From positions 39,415-103,414 of the forward strand of contig CANQAM010000002.1 of NCBI GenBank assembly GCA_947589325.1: a stretch of 64,000 bases of DNA. Direction: 5' to 3'. This document shows positions 10,501-17,657 of the stretch, piece by piece. This DNA is from an uncultured Bacteroidales bacterium (GTDB taxonomy: Bacteria > Bacteroidota > Bacteroidia > Bacteroidales > UBA11471). The position numbers and the translations under genes are program-made. The notes beneath the pieces are model-generated. The model saw only the letters and a list, made by a program, of their open reading frames with translations. It was not told where the DNA came from and did no database searches. The number at the start of each line of letters is the position of its first letter. Positions within the stretch are counted from its first letter, which is position 1.

Positions 10501-11786
10501 ACGAAAGTGCACCGTATTTCACCTTGCAAATAGTTCGGCAGCAGATAAATGCCTTTGCTTCCGAATTGCAGTTTGTGCAGTCCCGAATTGCACCCTACCC
10601 AAATGTTTTCCTGTTTGTCCTGAAATACTAGCCGTATCGTTTGCGACAGGAACCGGCCGGCGTTGTAGGGCGCCAGTGTAAGAGCGAGCGTGTCGATGCG
10701 GTGCAGCCCTCCCGACCGCAAGAACAAAAACAGGTCGCCGGACGGGTTGTTGAAAAAGAGGGGGCGTGTAACGTCTTGCGATGTCCACACGGTTTCTTTC
10801 GCCTGTTTCAGCGGCTCGATGCGACGGCTGTCGGCATGAAGTACATACGTCTGCATATCCTTTGTTATCAGACAGTAGAAACCCTTTTTGCCGAAACAGG
10901 AAATGACTTCCTGCGAGCCGGTGCGGGTCGGGAGCCGTTGTTGCTTCACTGCCTGCGTGCGGGAGTCGATGAAGAGCATGCCGGCATCGGTAGCCACCGC
11001 GATGGTGGTGTCGTCGGCGAAGAGCATGCGGTAGAGGTGGGTTGCTGTCGGAGGTATGTTTTCCACAAAAGCCAGTTCGCCCGTTTTCATGTCGTAGGTC
11101 GCGATGCGGCATTCGGGCGTGCCTAGCCATATCCGGTCGTTGCGTTCCGTCCAGCTTTTGTAGGTAAGGTTGTTGCGAAAGCTGTTTCCGCCGACGGTCA
11201 TGATACCTTGATCGGTCAATATCCATTCGCTGCCTTGCGAGTCGAGCTTGATGTCGTATATTTTCCGTTTCTTCGGCAGCGGGTTGGGGTAAAGGGCCGG
11301 CGAAGAAATATTTTTGTCGTCGATGCGGTAGAGCGTGCCGTCTTCTTCGATGAGCCACGAAAAGCCGTTTTTCAGCGATACTGCTTTGTATGCCGTTACC
11401 TTGCGTTTGAATCGTTCTTCCAGCAGGCTTTGGACGTCTTCGAAATGCCCTTGCCGGTTGCGGAAGAGGTAGAAGCGCTCCCGCCCGATGCACCAGATGT
11501 CGTTTTCGCTGTTTACCGCCAATACATCTATACGGTTTTGCACAAGGGGTTCGTGATTTCCCGGCAGGGATTTGTAGCAGGAAAATCCGTATCCGTCGTA
11601 GCGGTTCAGTCCGTCCCACGTGGCAATCCACAAAACGCCGTCGGCGTCTTGCTCTACGGCCGTAACGCGGCTTTGCGACAGCCCGTCGGCAGCCGTATAG
11701 GTGGTCATGCGGCACGTCTGCGGCGGTTGTGCCCATGCCGACAAGACGAAGAATATTCCTGACAGAACGGAAATGGTGTGTTTCAT
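7554..11786 (-). CDS. Hybrid two-component system sensor kinase/response regulator with AraC-type output (HTCS)
   Basis: The ORF track starts at 11837; the internal ATG at 11786 (MKHTISVLSGIFFVLSAWAQ) is preferred. Domains: periplasmic propeller/Y_Y_Y-type repeats, TM segment, HisKA (FTDISHELRTPLTLI), HATPase (GIGLSLVKQLAELH), REC (ILIVEDN...DLMMPELDG) and AraC HTH (GYADPKYFSRSFKKITGKSP). Confidence 0.92.
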   Translation of the reverse strand: MKHTISVLSGIFFVLSAWAQPPQTCRMTTYTAADGLSQSRVTAVEQDADGVLWIATWDGLNRYDGYGFSCYKSLPGNHEPLVQNRIDVLAVNSENDIWCIGRERFYLFRNRQGHFEDVQSLLEERFKRKVTAYKAVSLKNGFSWLIEEDGTLYRIDDKNISSPALYPNPLPKKRKIYDIKLDSQGSEWILTDQGIMTVGGNSFRNNLTYKSWTERNDRIWLGTPECRIATYDMKTGELAFVENIPPTATHLYRMLFADDTTIAVATDAGMLFIDSRTQAVKQQRLPTRTGSQEVISCFGKKGFYCLITKDMQTYVLHADSRRIEPLKQAKETVWTSQDVTRPLFFNNPSGDLFLFLRSGGLHRIDTLALTLAPYNAGRFLSQTIRLVFQDKQENIWVGCNSGLHKLQFGSKGIYLLPNYLQGEIRCTFVDSAGRMWISTRDGMVEIREGGKRIGYLSPDGRIVSEQTLFSAGIYTMLEDKDHNLWVGTKGEGLYRMRYADPHRYRITGHFKPDGHKPYSLSGDAVYAILQDKNGHIWVGCYDFGLNMIESPNDPAPLFFHEHNRLALRSGSKPKQVRCIAETDDGVILVGTTQGLFTFDENFYQPEDLFFYCNVRQKDDEHSLGGNDVMGIEVAENGDIYVAAFGGGLNKILSPNLLSDNIRFKSYTKQAGAYSDVALNVTEDRNGYIWVLSERLLMRFNPRNENFENFGNDIFPRYTTLSENKPYIYPDGKLLVSTGTGVAMVEPDKIDDNDYIPAIIFGNGIEAIHLKATERTLSVPFVAVDFSSDAAIRYAYKLEGVDKEWTITSDNLTANYINLPAGDFKLRVKSTNRNGLWVDNERTLPVSRQPAFAETPYAICLYIVLAIVLISIIVFIYLHIYKLRYRLRVEQQLTEAKLRFFTDISHELRTPLTLIEGPLSEVLEDEKLPEQDKEYLTVVQTNAHRMLNLINQILDFRKIQNEKMRLLVEKLNVREELESIMENFDNIARMNKIDFRLEMGPDNMYVWADKDKFEKIFINLLSNAFKYTPAGKSVTVEAARKDDRIVIAVHDKGVGIPPAKIETLFQRFDTILQNNIYKQSTGIGLSLVKQLAELHHAEIAVHSRTGEGSTFEVAFLTGKDHFEKDAQAEFLLNDSEADDEKEIAAEADGTDADDRFIILIVEDNRDLRAFLQNSLCRNYKIYTACNGEEGWTRTLEYMPDLVITDLMMPELDGFGLIDRIKANATTCHIPIIVLTAKATLDDRIRGANSGIADYMVKPFSTQLLKARVAMIQQQQQLLREKYMERLGQNSAGETGYQLPELSIMPADEQFMQKLLAYVDDNLDNSDLSVDDLAREMALSRSVFFRKIKALVGQSPINFLKTIRIKRAIQLMQSRNFSIAEVAYKVGYADPKYFSRSFKKITGKSPSVYIKE

Positions 11787-12232
11787 ACTACCAAATGTAT
11801 GGAATATTTTTGGCTTGAAGAGTGTAAAAAGAATCAAAAAGCGAAAAGTACACTTTTTTGATTTATTTATCCTCTATTTTGTAAACGAATCGAAAGAAAA
11901 AAAGGCAATTGGTTAAAAAATGCACTTATTCGCTTGAATTATCGACTTCCGATATGGGGATATGAATTTTCTTTGTACAAGAAAAATTTTGCATTTCTAA
12001 AAATGCCTTTACACACGTAGTTTCTTTTCATGTTTACTTTCGGAGAGGGGCTTTCGATGTTTGTCGAAGCCCTCTTTTTTATGAAGAAAAAAATTCGGCA
12101 GGCTTGATGAAAGGAGTCTGCCGATTCTTTTACGGACAACCGTCTTGCCGACGGACACGCAGGGCGAATTTACAGGCATCTTTATGAAAAACTTTTCTTT
12201 TCGCTATCTTTGCACGAAAATTTCACCGAACA

Positions 12233-13690
12233 ATGCGAACACTCATTTCTCTGCAAAAAGGGGTGGCGGGCGACCCTGCCCGACGTTTTCGCATTCCCGT
12301 CGATTTTGAATTGCGGGAGGGCGAGCATTTGGCAATTGTGGGACAGAACGGAAGCGGTAAAAGTACGTTAGTACAGACGGTTACAGGGCAGCTTTTTTTG
12401 AAAAGCGGCATATTGATGTGCGACTTCGGCGCGCACGCAGGACGGTACGATTCCGACAATATCCGTTATGTAACGTTCAATGATGCTTACGGTACGGCGA
12501 CGTCGGACTATTATTATCAACAGCGCTGGAACTCGCAGGACAGCGACCTTTCGCCCCGCGTTGCCGATATTCTTGGAAAGGAAAAATGTGAAAATCCGTT
12601 GTGGAAAGATAAGGTATACAGCCTGTTGGGTATTGGCGATTTGCTCCGGTTACCCATCATTCAGCTTTCGTCGGGCGAACTGCGCAAGATGCACATCGCC
12701 CGCCTGCTGCTTTCCGCTCCGAAGGTGTTGATACTCGAAAGTCCTTTCATCGGCCTCGATGCGGCGGCACGCCGCCTGCTCACGGAGCTGTTGCAGCAAT
12801 TGATTGCCGAGACGCCGGTGCAGGTCGTTTTGGTCGTGTGCGCTCCGCAGGACATTCCCTCTTTTATAACGCATGTTTATCCGGTGGAGGATATGCAGTG
12901 CGGCGCGAAGATGACGCGGCAGGAGTATCTGGCGGGCGAAACGCTTTCCGCCCGACGGGAGGAGGTTGCCTGCCGGCAGGTGATTCTGCCGCAGTCGGCC
13001 GACGAAAAAACGCTTTGTACGGCAGAAACGATCGTACGCTTTACCGACGTGTCGATACGGTATGGCGGACGCACCATTCTCGACAAAATAAATTGGACAA
13101 TAAAAAATGGAGAAAAATGGTCGTTATCAGGTGCTAATGGTGCCGGAAAATCGACTTTGCTCAGTCTTGTTTGTGCGGATAACCCGCAAGCCTATTCGCA
13201 GAATATAACCCTTTTCGACCGCCGGCGCGGCACGGGCGAAAGCATTTGGGACATCAAGAGGCACATCGGTTACGTGTCGCCCGAGATGCACCGCGCCTAC
13301 CTCAAAGACATTCCCGCCGTCGAAATCGTGGCGTCGGGCTACTACGATACTATCGGACTTTACCGCCGCCTCTCCGACGAACAGACAGCGCGGTGCGCCG
13401 GCTGGCTCGATGTTTTCGGTATCACGGCGTTGCGCGACCGCTCGTTTGTGAAACTCTCGTCGGGCGAACAGCGGCTGTTGCTGCTGGCGCGGGCGTTGGT
13501 CAAAGACCCCGACCTGCTGATTCTCGACGAACCCCTGCACGGACTCGACGTACTCAATAAGGCGCGGGCGTGTGCCGTCATCGAGGCCTTTGCCGCCCGC
13601 GCGGGCAAGACGCTTATTTACGTTACGCATTATCCGGAGGAGCTCCCTCCTTGCATCGACAACAGTTTGGTGTTGCGGCGCAACGATTGA
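12233..13690 (+). CDS. Tandem ABC ATPase without a membrane domain (ModF-like)
   Basis: Two Walker A motifs (GQNGSGKST, GANGAGKST), two ABC signatures (LSSGELRKM, LSSGEQRLL) and two Walker B motifs (LILESP, LILDEP). Confidence 0.85.
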   Translation: MRTLISLQKGVAGDPARRFRIPVDFELREGEHLAIVGQNGSGKSTLVQTVTGQLFLKSGILMCDFGAHAGRYDSDNIRYVTFNDAYGTATSDYYYQQRWNSQDSDLSPRVADILGKEKCENPLWKDKVYSLLGIGDLLRLPIIQLSSGELRKMHIARLLLSAPKVLILESPFIGLDAAARRLLTELLQQLIAETPVQVVLVVCAPQDIPSFITHVYPVEDMQCGAKMTRQEYLAGETLSARREEVACRQVILPQSADEKTLCTAETIVRFTDVSIRYGGRTILDKINWTIKNGEKWSLSGANGAGKSTLLSLVCADNPQAYSQNITLFDRRRGTGESIWDIKRHIGYVSPEMHRAYLKDIPAVEIVASGYYDTIGLYRRLSDEQTARCAGWLDVFGITALRDRSFVKLSSGEQRLLLLARALVKDPDLLILDEPLHGLDVLNKARACAVIEAFAARAGKTLIYVTHYPEELPPCIDNSLVLRRND

Positions 13691-13729
13691 AAAAAGCGGC
13701 GAAGCACAGGCTTCGCCGCTTTTCTTTTT
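13691..13729. terminator. Bidirectional intrinsic terminator between convergent genes
   Basis: Perfect 10-bp stem AGCGGCGAAG/CTTCGCCGCT (13695-13704 / 13711-13720), flanked by an A5 run and a T-run. Confidence 0.75.
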
Positions 13730-13742
13730 GTCGGTTTTATCC

Positions 13743-15032
13743 TTAGATTTTTTCGAGAGCCTGTTGCAGGTCGGCGATGATGTCGTCGATGTGCTCCGTG
13801 CCGATGGAGAGCCGTATCGTGGCAGGCGTGATATGCTGCTGTGCCAGTTCCTCCGGCGTCATTTGCGAGTGGGTGGTCGTGTAGGGGTGGATTACCAGTG
13901 ACTTTACATCGGCGACGTTTGCCAGAAGCGAGAATATTTCCAGCGAGTCGATGAAGCGCCACGCCTCTTTTTCGCCCCCCTTTATTTCAAAGGTGAAAAT
14001 GCTGCCGCCGCCCTGCGGAAAATATTTTTGATACAGCGCGTGGTCGGGGTGATTGGGCAGCGAGGGGTGATTGACTTTCGTTACTTTCGGGTGCTTCGAC
14101 AGAAATTCGACCACCTTCAAGGCGTTGGCAACGTGCCGTTCCACCCGCAACGAAAGCGTTTCGAGCCCTTGCAGCAGAATGAAGGCGTTGAACGGCGAAA
14201 TGGCGGCACCCGTATCGCGTAGGACGACGGCGCGTATTCTCGTAACGAAAGCCGCCGCACCGGCTGCGTCGGCGAATATGGTGCCGTGATAGCTCGGGTC
14301 GGGTTTTGCCAGTGTCGGGAATTTGTCGGCGTTGGCTTTCCAGTCGAATGTTCCGCCATCGACGATGACGCCGCCGAGGCTCGACCCGTGTCCGCCGATG
14401 AATTTCGTGGCGGAATGCACTACGATGTCGGCGCCGTGTTCGATAGGCCTGATGAGGTAGGGCGTGCCGAATGTGTTGTCGATAATCAACGGAATATGGT
14501 GACGGTGAGCCACTTCGGCGACCGCGTCGATATTCGTTACGTCGGAGTTGGGATTGCCGAACGTTTCGGCATACACTACTTTGGTTTCGGGGCGTATGGC
14601 AGCCTCCAACGCTTTCAAGTCATTGACATTGACTATCGTATGCGTGATGCCCTGTGTGGCGAGCGTGTGCGTGATGAGGTTGAACGAGCCGCCGTAGAGA
14701 TTGTCGGCAGCCACGATGTGGTCGCCCACGCCGAGAATGTTTTGCAGTGCATACGTTACGGCAGCCGCGCCCGAAGCTACGGCAAGAGCCGCTGTGCCTC
14801 CTTCGAGTACGGCGATGCGCTCCTCGAATACCCCTTGCGTCGGGTTAGTCAGGCGTCCGTAGATGTTGCCCGCGTCGCGCAGGGCGAAGCGGTCGGCGGC
14901 GTGTTGCGAGTTGCGGAACACGTAAGAGGTCGTTTGGTAAATGGGAACCGCGCGAGCATCGGTGGCGGGGTCGGGCTGTTCCTGTCCTACATGGAGTTGC
15001 AGGGTTTCGAAGTGAAGATTTTTTCGTTTCAT
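13743..15032 (-). CDS. metY: O-acetylhomoserine aminocarboxypropyltransferase / sulfhydrylase (PLP-dependent Cys/Met metabolism family)
   Basis: 429 aa. N-terminus HFETLQLHVGQEQPDPATDARAVPIYQTTSYVF; PLP-lysine motif HSATKFIGGHG. Confidence 0.88.
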   Translation of the reverse strand: MKRKNLHFETLQLHVGQEQPDPATDARAVPIYQTTSYVFRNSQHAADRFALRDAGNIYGRLTNPTQGVFEERIAVLEGGTAALAVASGAAAVTYALQNILGVGDHIVAADNLYGGSFNLITHTLATQGITHTIVNVNDLKALEAAIRPETKVVYAETFGNPNSDVTNIDAVAEVAHRHHIPLIIDNTFGTPYLIRPIEHGADIVVHSATKFIGGHGSSLGGVIVDGGTFDWKANADKFPTLAKPDPSYHGTIFADAAGAAAFVTRIRAVVLRDTGAAISPFNAFILLQGLETLSLRVERHVANALKVVEFLSKHPKVTKVNHPSLPNHPDHALYQKYFPQGGGSIFTFEIKGGEKEAWRFIDSLEIFSLLANVADVKSLVIHPYTTTHSQMTPEELAQQHITPATIRLSIGTEHIDDIIADLQQALEKI

Positions 15033-15197
15033 ATCGTATAATGTTTTGGTTTTATTTTCTGCACAAAAATATTTTCAATAAAATAAATGAACAAGAAATT
15101 TTATAAATATGGAAAATAATTCTATTTTTGCGCTGTATTAAAGAAATAAACAATTGTTAGTGTAAACAAACTGCCGTCCGGAAAGAAAAATATTCTT

Positions 15198-15659
15198 ATG
15201 GAAACACTCGATAAAACCGATTTGCAAATTCTGCGCGTGTTGCAGGAGAATGCGCGGCTCACGACCAAAGAGTTGGCGGCACGGGTGCATCTCTCGACCA
15301 CGCCCGTGTTCGAGCGGCTCAAACGGCTGGAAAACGAGGGCTATATAAAGAAGTATATCGCCCTGCTCGATGCCGGCAAACTCAATCGCGGATTCGTCGT
15401 ATTCTGCTGTGTGAAGCTGCGCCGGCTCAATCGCGACATCGCTTTCGATTTCGTGCGTATCGTCAAGGATATTCCGGAGGTAACGGAGTGTTACAACATT
15501 TCCGGCGAGTACGATTATCTGCTGAAAATACACGCTCCCGACATGAAATATTATCAGGAGTTTTTGCTCAATGTGCTGGGAACCATCGATAGTCTCGGCT
15601 CGCTTACGAGCATGTTTGTGATGGACGAGGTAAAGCAGAATGGCGGCATACCTTTCTGA
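15198..15659 (+). CDS. Lrp/AsnC-family transcriptional regulator
   Basis: 153 aa with an N-terminal HTH (LDKTDLQILRVLQENARLTTKELAARVHLSTTPVFERLKRLENEGYI) and a C-terminal RAM/AsnC-type domain. Confidence 0.9.
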   Translation: METLDKTDLQILRVLQENARLTTKELAARVHLSTTPVFERLKRLENEGYIKKYIALLDAGKLNRGFVVFCCVKLRRLNRDIAFDFVRIVKDIPEVTECYNISGEYDYLLKIHAPDMKYYQEFLLNVLGTIDSLGSLTSMFVMDEVKQNGGIPF

Positions 15660-15675
15660 CCGTCGTCGGGCGGAG

Positions 15676-15716
15676 AAAAAGAAAAGGCTTTCAGTGTTTT
15701 GCTGAAAGCCTTTTTG
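15676..15716. terminator. Bidirectional intrinsic terminator (Lrp gene / tRNA cluster)
   Basis: Stem AAAGGCTTTCAG/CTGAAAGCCTTT (15683-15694 / 15702-13) with a 7-nt loop, an A-run upstream and a T-run downstream. Confidence 0.75.
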
Positions 15717-15719
15717 TCG

Positions 15720-15797
15720 TGGTGGGCGTTGAGGGATTCGAACCCCCGACCCTCTGCTTGTAAGGCAGATGCTCTGAACCAGCTGAGCTAAACGCCC
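15720..15797 (-). tRNA. tRNA-Val (anticodon UAC), copy 1, CCA encoded
   Basis: Hand-folded cloverleaf of the reverse complement: GGGCGTT-TA-GCTC-AGCTGGTTCA-GAGC-A-TCTGC-CTTACAA-GCAGA-GGGTC-GGGGG-TTCGAAT-CCCTC-AACGCCC-A-CCA. Confidence 0.9.
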
Positions 15798-15866
15798 GAA
15801 TGTGTTGCACACCCGCTTCGACGGGCTGCCGGCGGTCGATAAAAACGTTACCGCTTTTCGGTCGGG

Positions 15867-15941
15867 TGGGTGTTGAGGGATTCGAACCCCCGACCCTCTG
15901 CTTGTAAGGCAGATGCTCTGAACCAGCTGAGCTAAACACCC
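15867..15941 (-). tRNA. tRNA-Val (anticodon UAC), copy 2
   Basis: Same body as copy 1. The acceptor stem carries a compensatory pair change (GGGTGTT / AACACCC). No encoded CCA. Confidence 0.9.
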
Positions 15942-16010
15942 GAATGTGTTGCGCACCCGCTTCGACGGGCTGTCGACGCTCGATAAAAACATTATAGGTT
16001 TTCGGTCGGG

Positions 16011-16085
16011 TGGGCGTTGAGGGATTCGAACCCCCGACCCTCTGCTTGTAAGGCAGATGCTCTGAACCAGCTGAGCTAAACGCCC
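16011..16085 (-). tRNA. tRNA-Val (anticodon UAC), copy 3
   Basis: Identical to the copy 1 body, with no encoded CCA. Confidence 0.9.
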
Positions 16086-16238
16086 GAAACGCTTTTCTGC
16101 AAAAGCGAGGCAAAGGTACAAGTTTTTTCCGATAAACAAAATAAAATCATCTTTTTTCTGTAAAAATCATCTTTTTCTTGGGAGTGTCGCGGCGAAAAGT
16201 TACCTTTGTCGTTTCAAAAAATCAAGCTACAACAAGTT

Positions 16239-17585
16239 ATGGAATTAACCTCCCTTACCGCCGTGTCGCCTATCGACGGACGCTATCGCGGAAAAACTTC
16301 GGTTTTATCGGATTATTTTTCGGAATTTGCCTTAATTCGCTATCGGGTGCGTGTCGAAATCGAGTATTTCATCGCCCTTTGCGAATTGCCTCTGCCGCAG
16401 CTCGAAAAATTCGATGCGCGGCTGTTCGATGCGTTACGTGCCATTTACAAGGATTTTTCGCTTGCCGATGCCGCCCGCATCAAGGAAATCGAGTCGGTTA
16501 CCAACCACGACGTGAAAGCGGTGGAGTATTTCATCAAAGAGAAATTCGACGCGCTCGGCGGGCTCGACGCTTATAAAGAGTTCATACACTTCGGACTTAC
16601 CTCGCAGGACATCAACAACACTTCCGTGCCGCTTTCCGTCAAAGAGGCGCTCGAAAATGTTTATTATCCGATGCTCGGCGAGCTGATAACGACCTGCCGC
16701 AACTACGCCGAAGCGTGGAAAGATATTCCCATGCTGGCGAAGACGCACGGACAGCCGGCGTCGCCCACGCGCTTGGGTAAGGAAATGATGGTGTTCGTCT
16801 ATCGCCTCGAACAGCAGCTCGCCTTGTTGAAAGCAACTCCTATCAGCGGAAAATTCGGCGGAGCGACGGGCAATTTCAATGCCCACCGTCTGGCATATCC
16901 GGGTTACGACTGGCGAGCCTTTGCCGAGCGGTTCCTCCGCGAGAAGCTGGGCATCGAGCGCGAAATGTGGACGACGCAGATTTCCAATTACGACAATCTT
17001 GCCGCTCTGTTCGACGCCCTGCGCCGCATCGATACCATATTGATAGACCTCGACCGCGATTTCTGGCAGTACATTTCGATGGAGTATTTCAAGCAGAAAA
17101 TCAAAGAGGGCGAAGTGGGGTCGAGCGCCATGCCGCACAAAGTCAATCCAATCGACTTTGAAAATTCCGAAGGCAATCTCGGCATCGCCAACGCGCTGCT
17201 CGAACACCTCGCGACCAAACTGCCCGTGTCGCGCTTGCAGCGCGACCTGACCGACTCCACCGTGCTGCGCAACATCGGCGTGCCCTTGGGGCATATACTC
17301 ATCGCCCTGCAAAGCACGATGAAAGGGTTGGGCAAACTCCTGCTCAACGAAAAAGCGATATATGCCGACCTCGATAAGATGTGGAACGTCTGCGCCGAAG
17401 GCATACAGACCATATTGCGGCGGGAGGGTTATCCGAAGCCCTACGAGGCGTTGAAGGCTCTGACCCGCACCAACAGCGTTGTCGATGAAGCTGCCATACA
17501 CGCCTTTATCGACACCCTTGCCGTAAGCGATGCGGTGAAAGCCGAGCTGCGTGCCATTACCCCGCACACTTACACAGGATTCTGA
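16239..17585 (+). CDS. purB: Adenylosuccinate lyase
   Basis: The ORF track begins at TTG 16206; ATG 16239 (MELTSLTAVSPIDGRYRGKT) fits the family N-terminus. Fumarate-lyase signature GSSAMPHKVNP. Confidence 0.93.
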   Translation: MELTSLTAVSPIDGRYRGKTSVLSDYFSEFALIRYRVRVEIEYFIALCELPLPQLEKFDARLFDALRAIYKDFSLADAARIKEIESVTNHDVKAVEYFIKEKFDALGGLDAYKEFIHFGLTSQDINNTSVPLSVKEALENVYYPMLGELITTCRNYAEAWKDIPMLAKTHGQPASPTRLGKEMMVFVYRLEQQLALLKATPISGKFGGATGNFNAHRLAYPGYDWRAFAERFLREKLGIEREMWTTQISNYDNLAALFDALRRIDTILIDLDRDFWQYISMEYFKQKIKEGEVGSSAMPHKVNPIDFENSEGNLGIANALLEHLATKLPVSRLQRDLTDSTVLRNIGVPLGHILIALQSTMKGLGKLLLNEKAIYADLDKMWNVCAEGIQTILRREGYPKPYEALKALTRTNSVVDEAAIHAFIDTLAVSDAVKAELRAITPHTYTGF

Positions 17586-17604
17586 TTCCGGCGATACCCG
17601 AAAC

Positions 17605-17639
17605 AAACAGCGCCGCGTTATTGCAACGCGGCGCTGTTT
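17605..17639. terminator. Bidirectional terminator hairpin between purB and alaS
   Basis: 15-bp inverted repeat AAACAGCGCCGCGTT / AACGCGGCGCTGTTT with a 5-nt loop and short T runs on both sides. Confidence 0.6.
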
Positions 17640-17657
17640 ATATATAATAAGGTGGAG

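Larger units (their letters stand above)
15720..16085. repeat. Tandem triplication of a ~144-bp unit (tRNA-Val plus ~69-bp spacer)
   Basis: The spacers 15798-15866 and 15942-16010 are near-identical (GAATGTGTTGCRCACCCGCTTCGACGGGCTG...GATAAAAAC...TTTTCGGTCGGG). Confidence 0.9.

Noticed and set aside
8409-10631. A 740-aa plus-strand ORF.
   Set aside because: It is antisense to the well-supported HTCS gene and its translation is V/G/F/R-rich with no motifs. This is a typical shadow ORF in high-GC coding DNA. The same reasoning applies to 260-1396, 4099-4809, 6801-7304, 7542-8399 and 10519-11736.
15138-16139. A 333-aa minus-strand ORF spanning the tRNA cluster.
   Set aside because: It reads straight through three tRNA-Val genes, which produces the repeated peptide ...LAQLVQSICLTSRGSGVRIPQ... 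It also runs antisense to the Lrp gene. It is an artefact.
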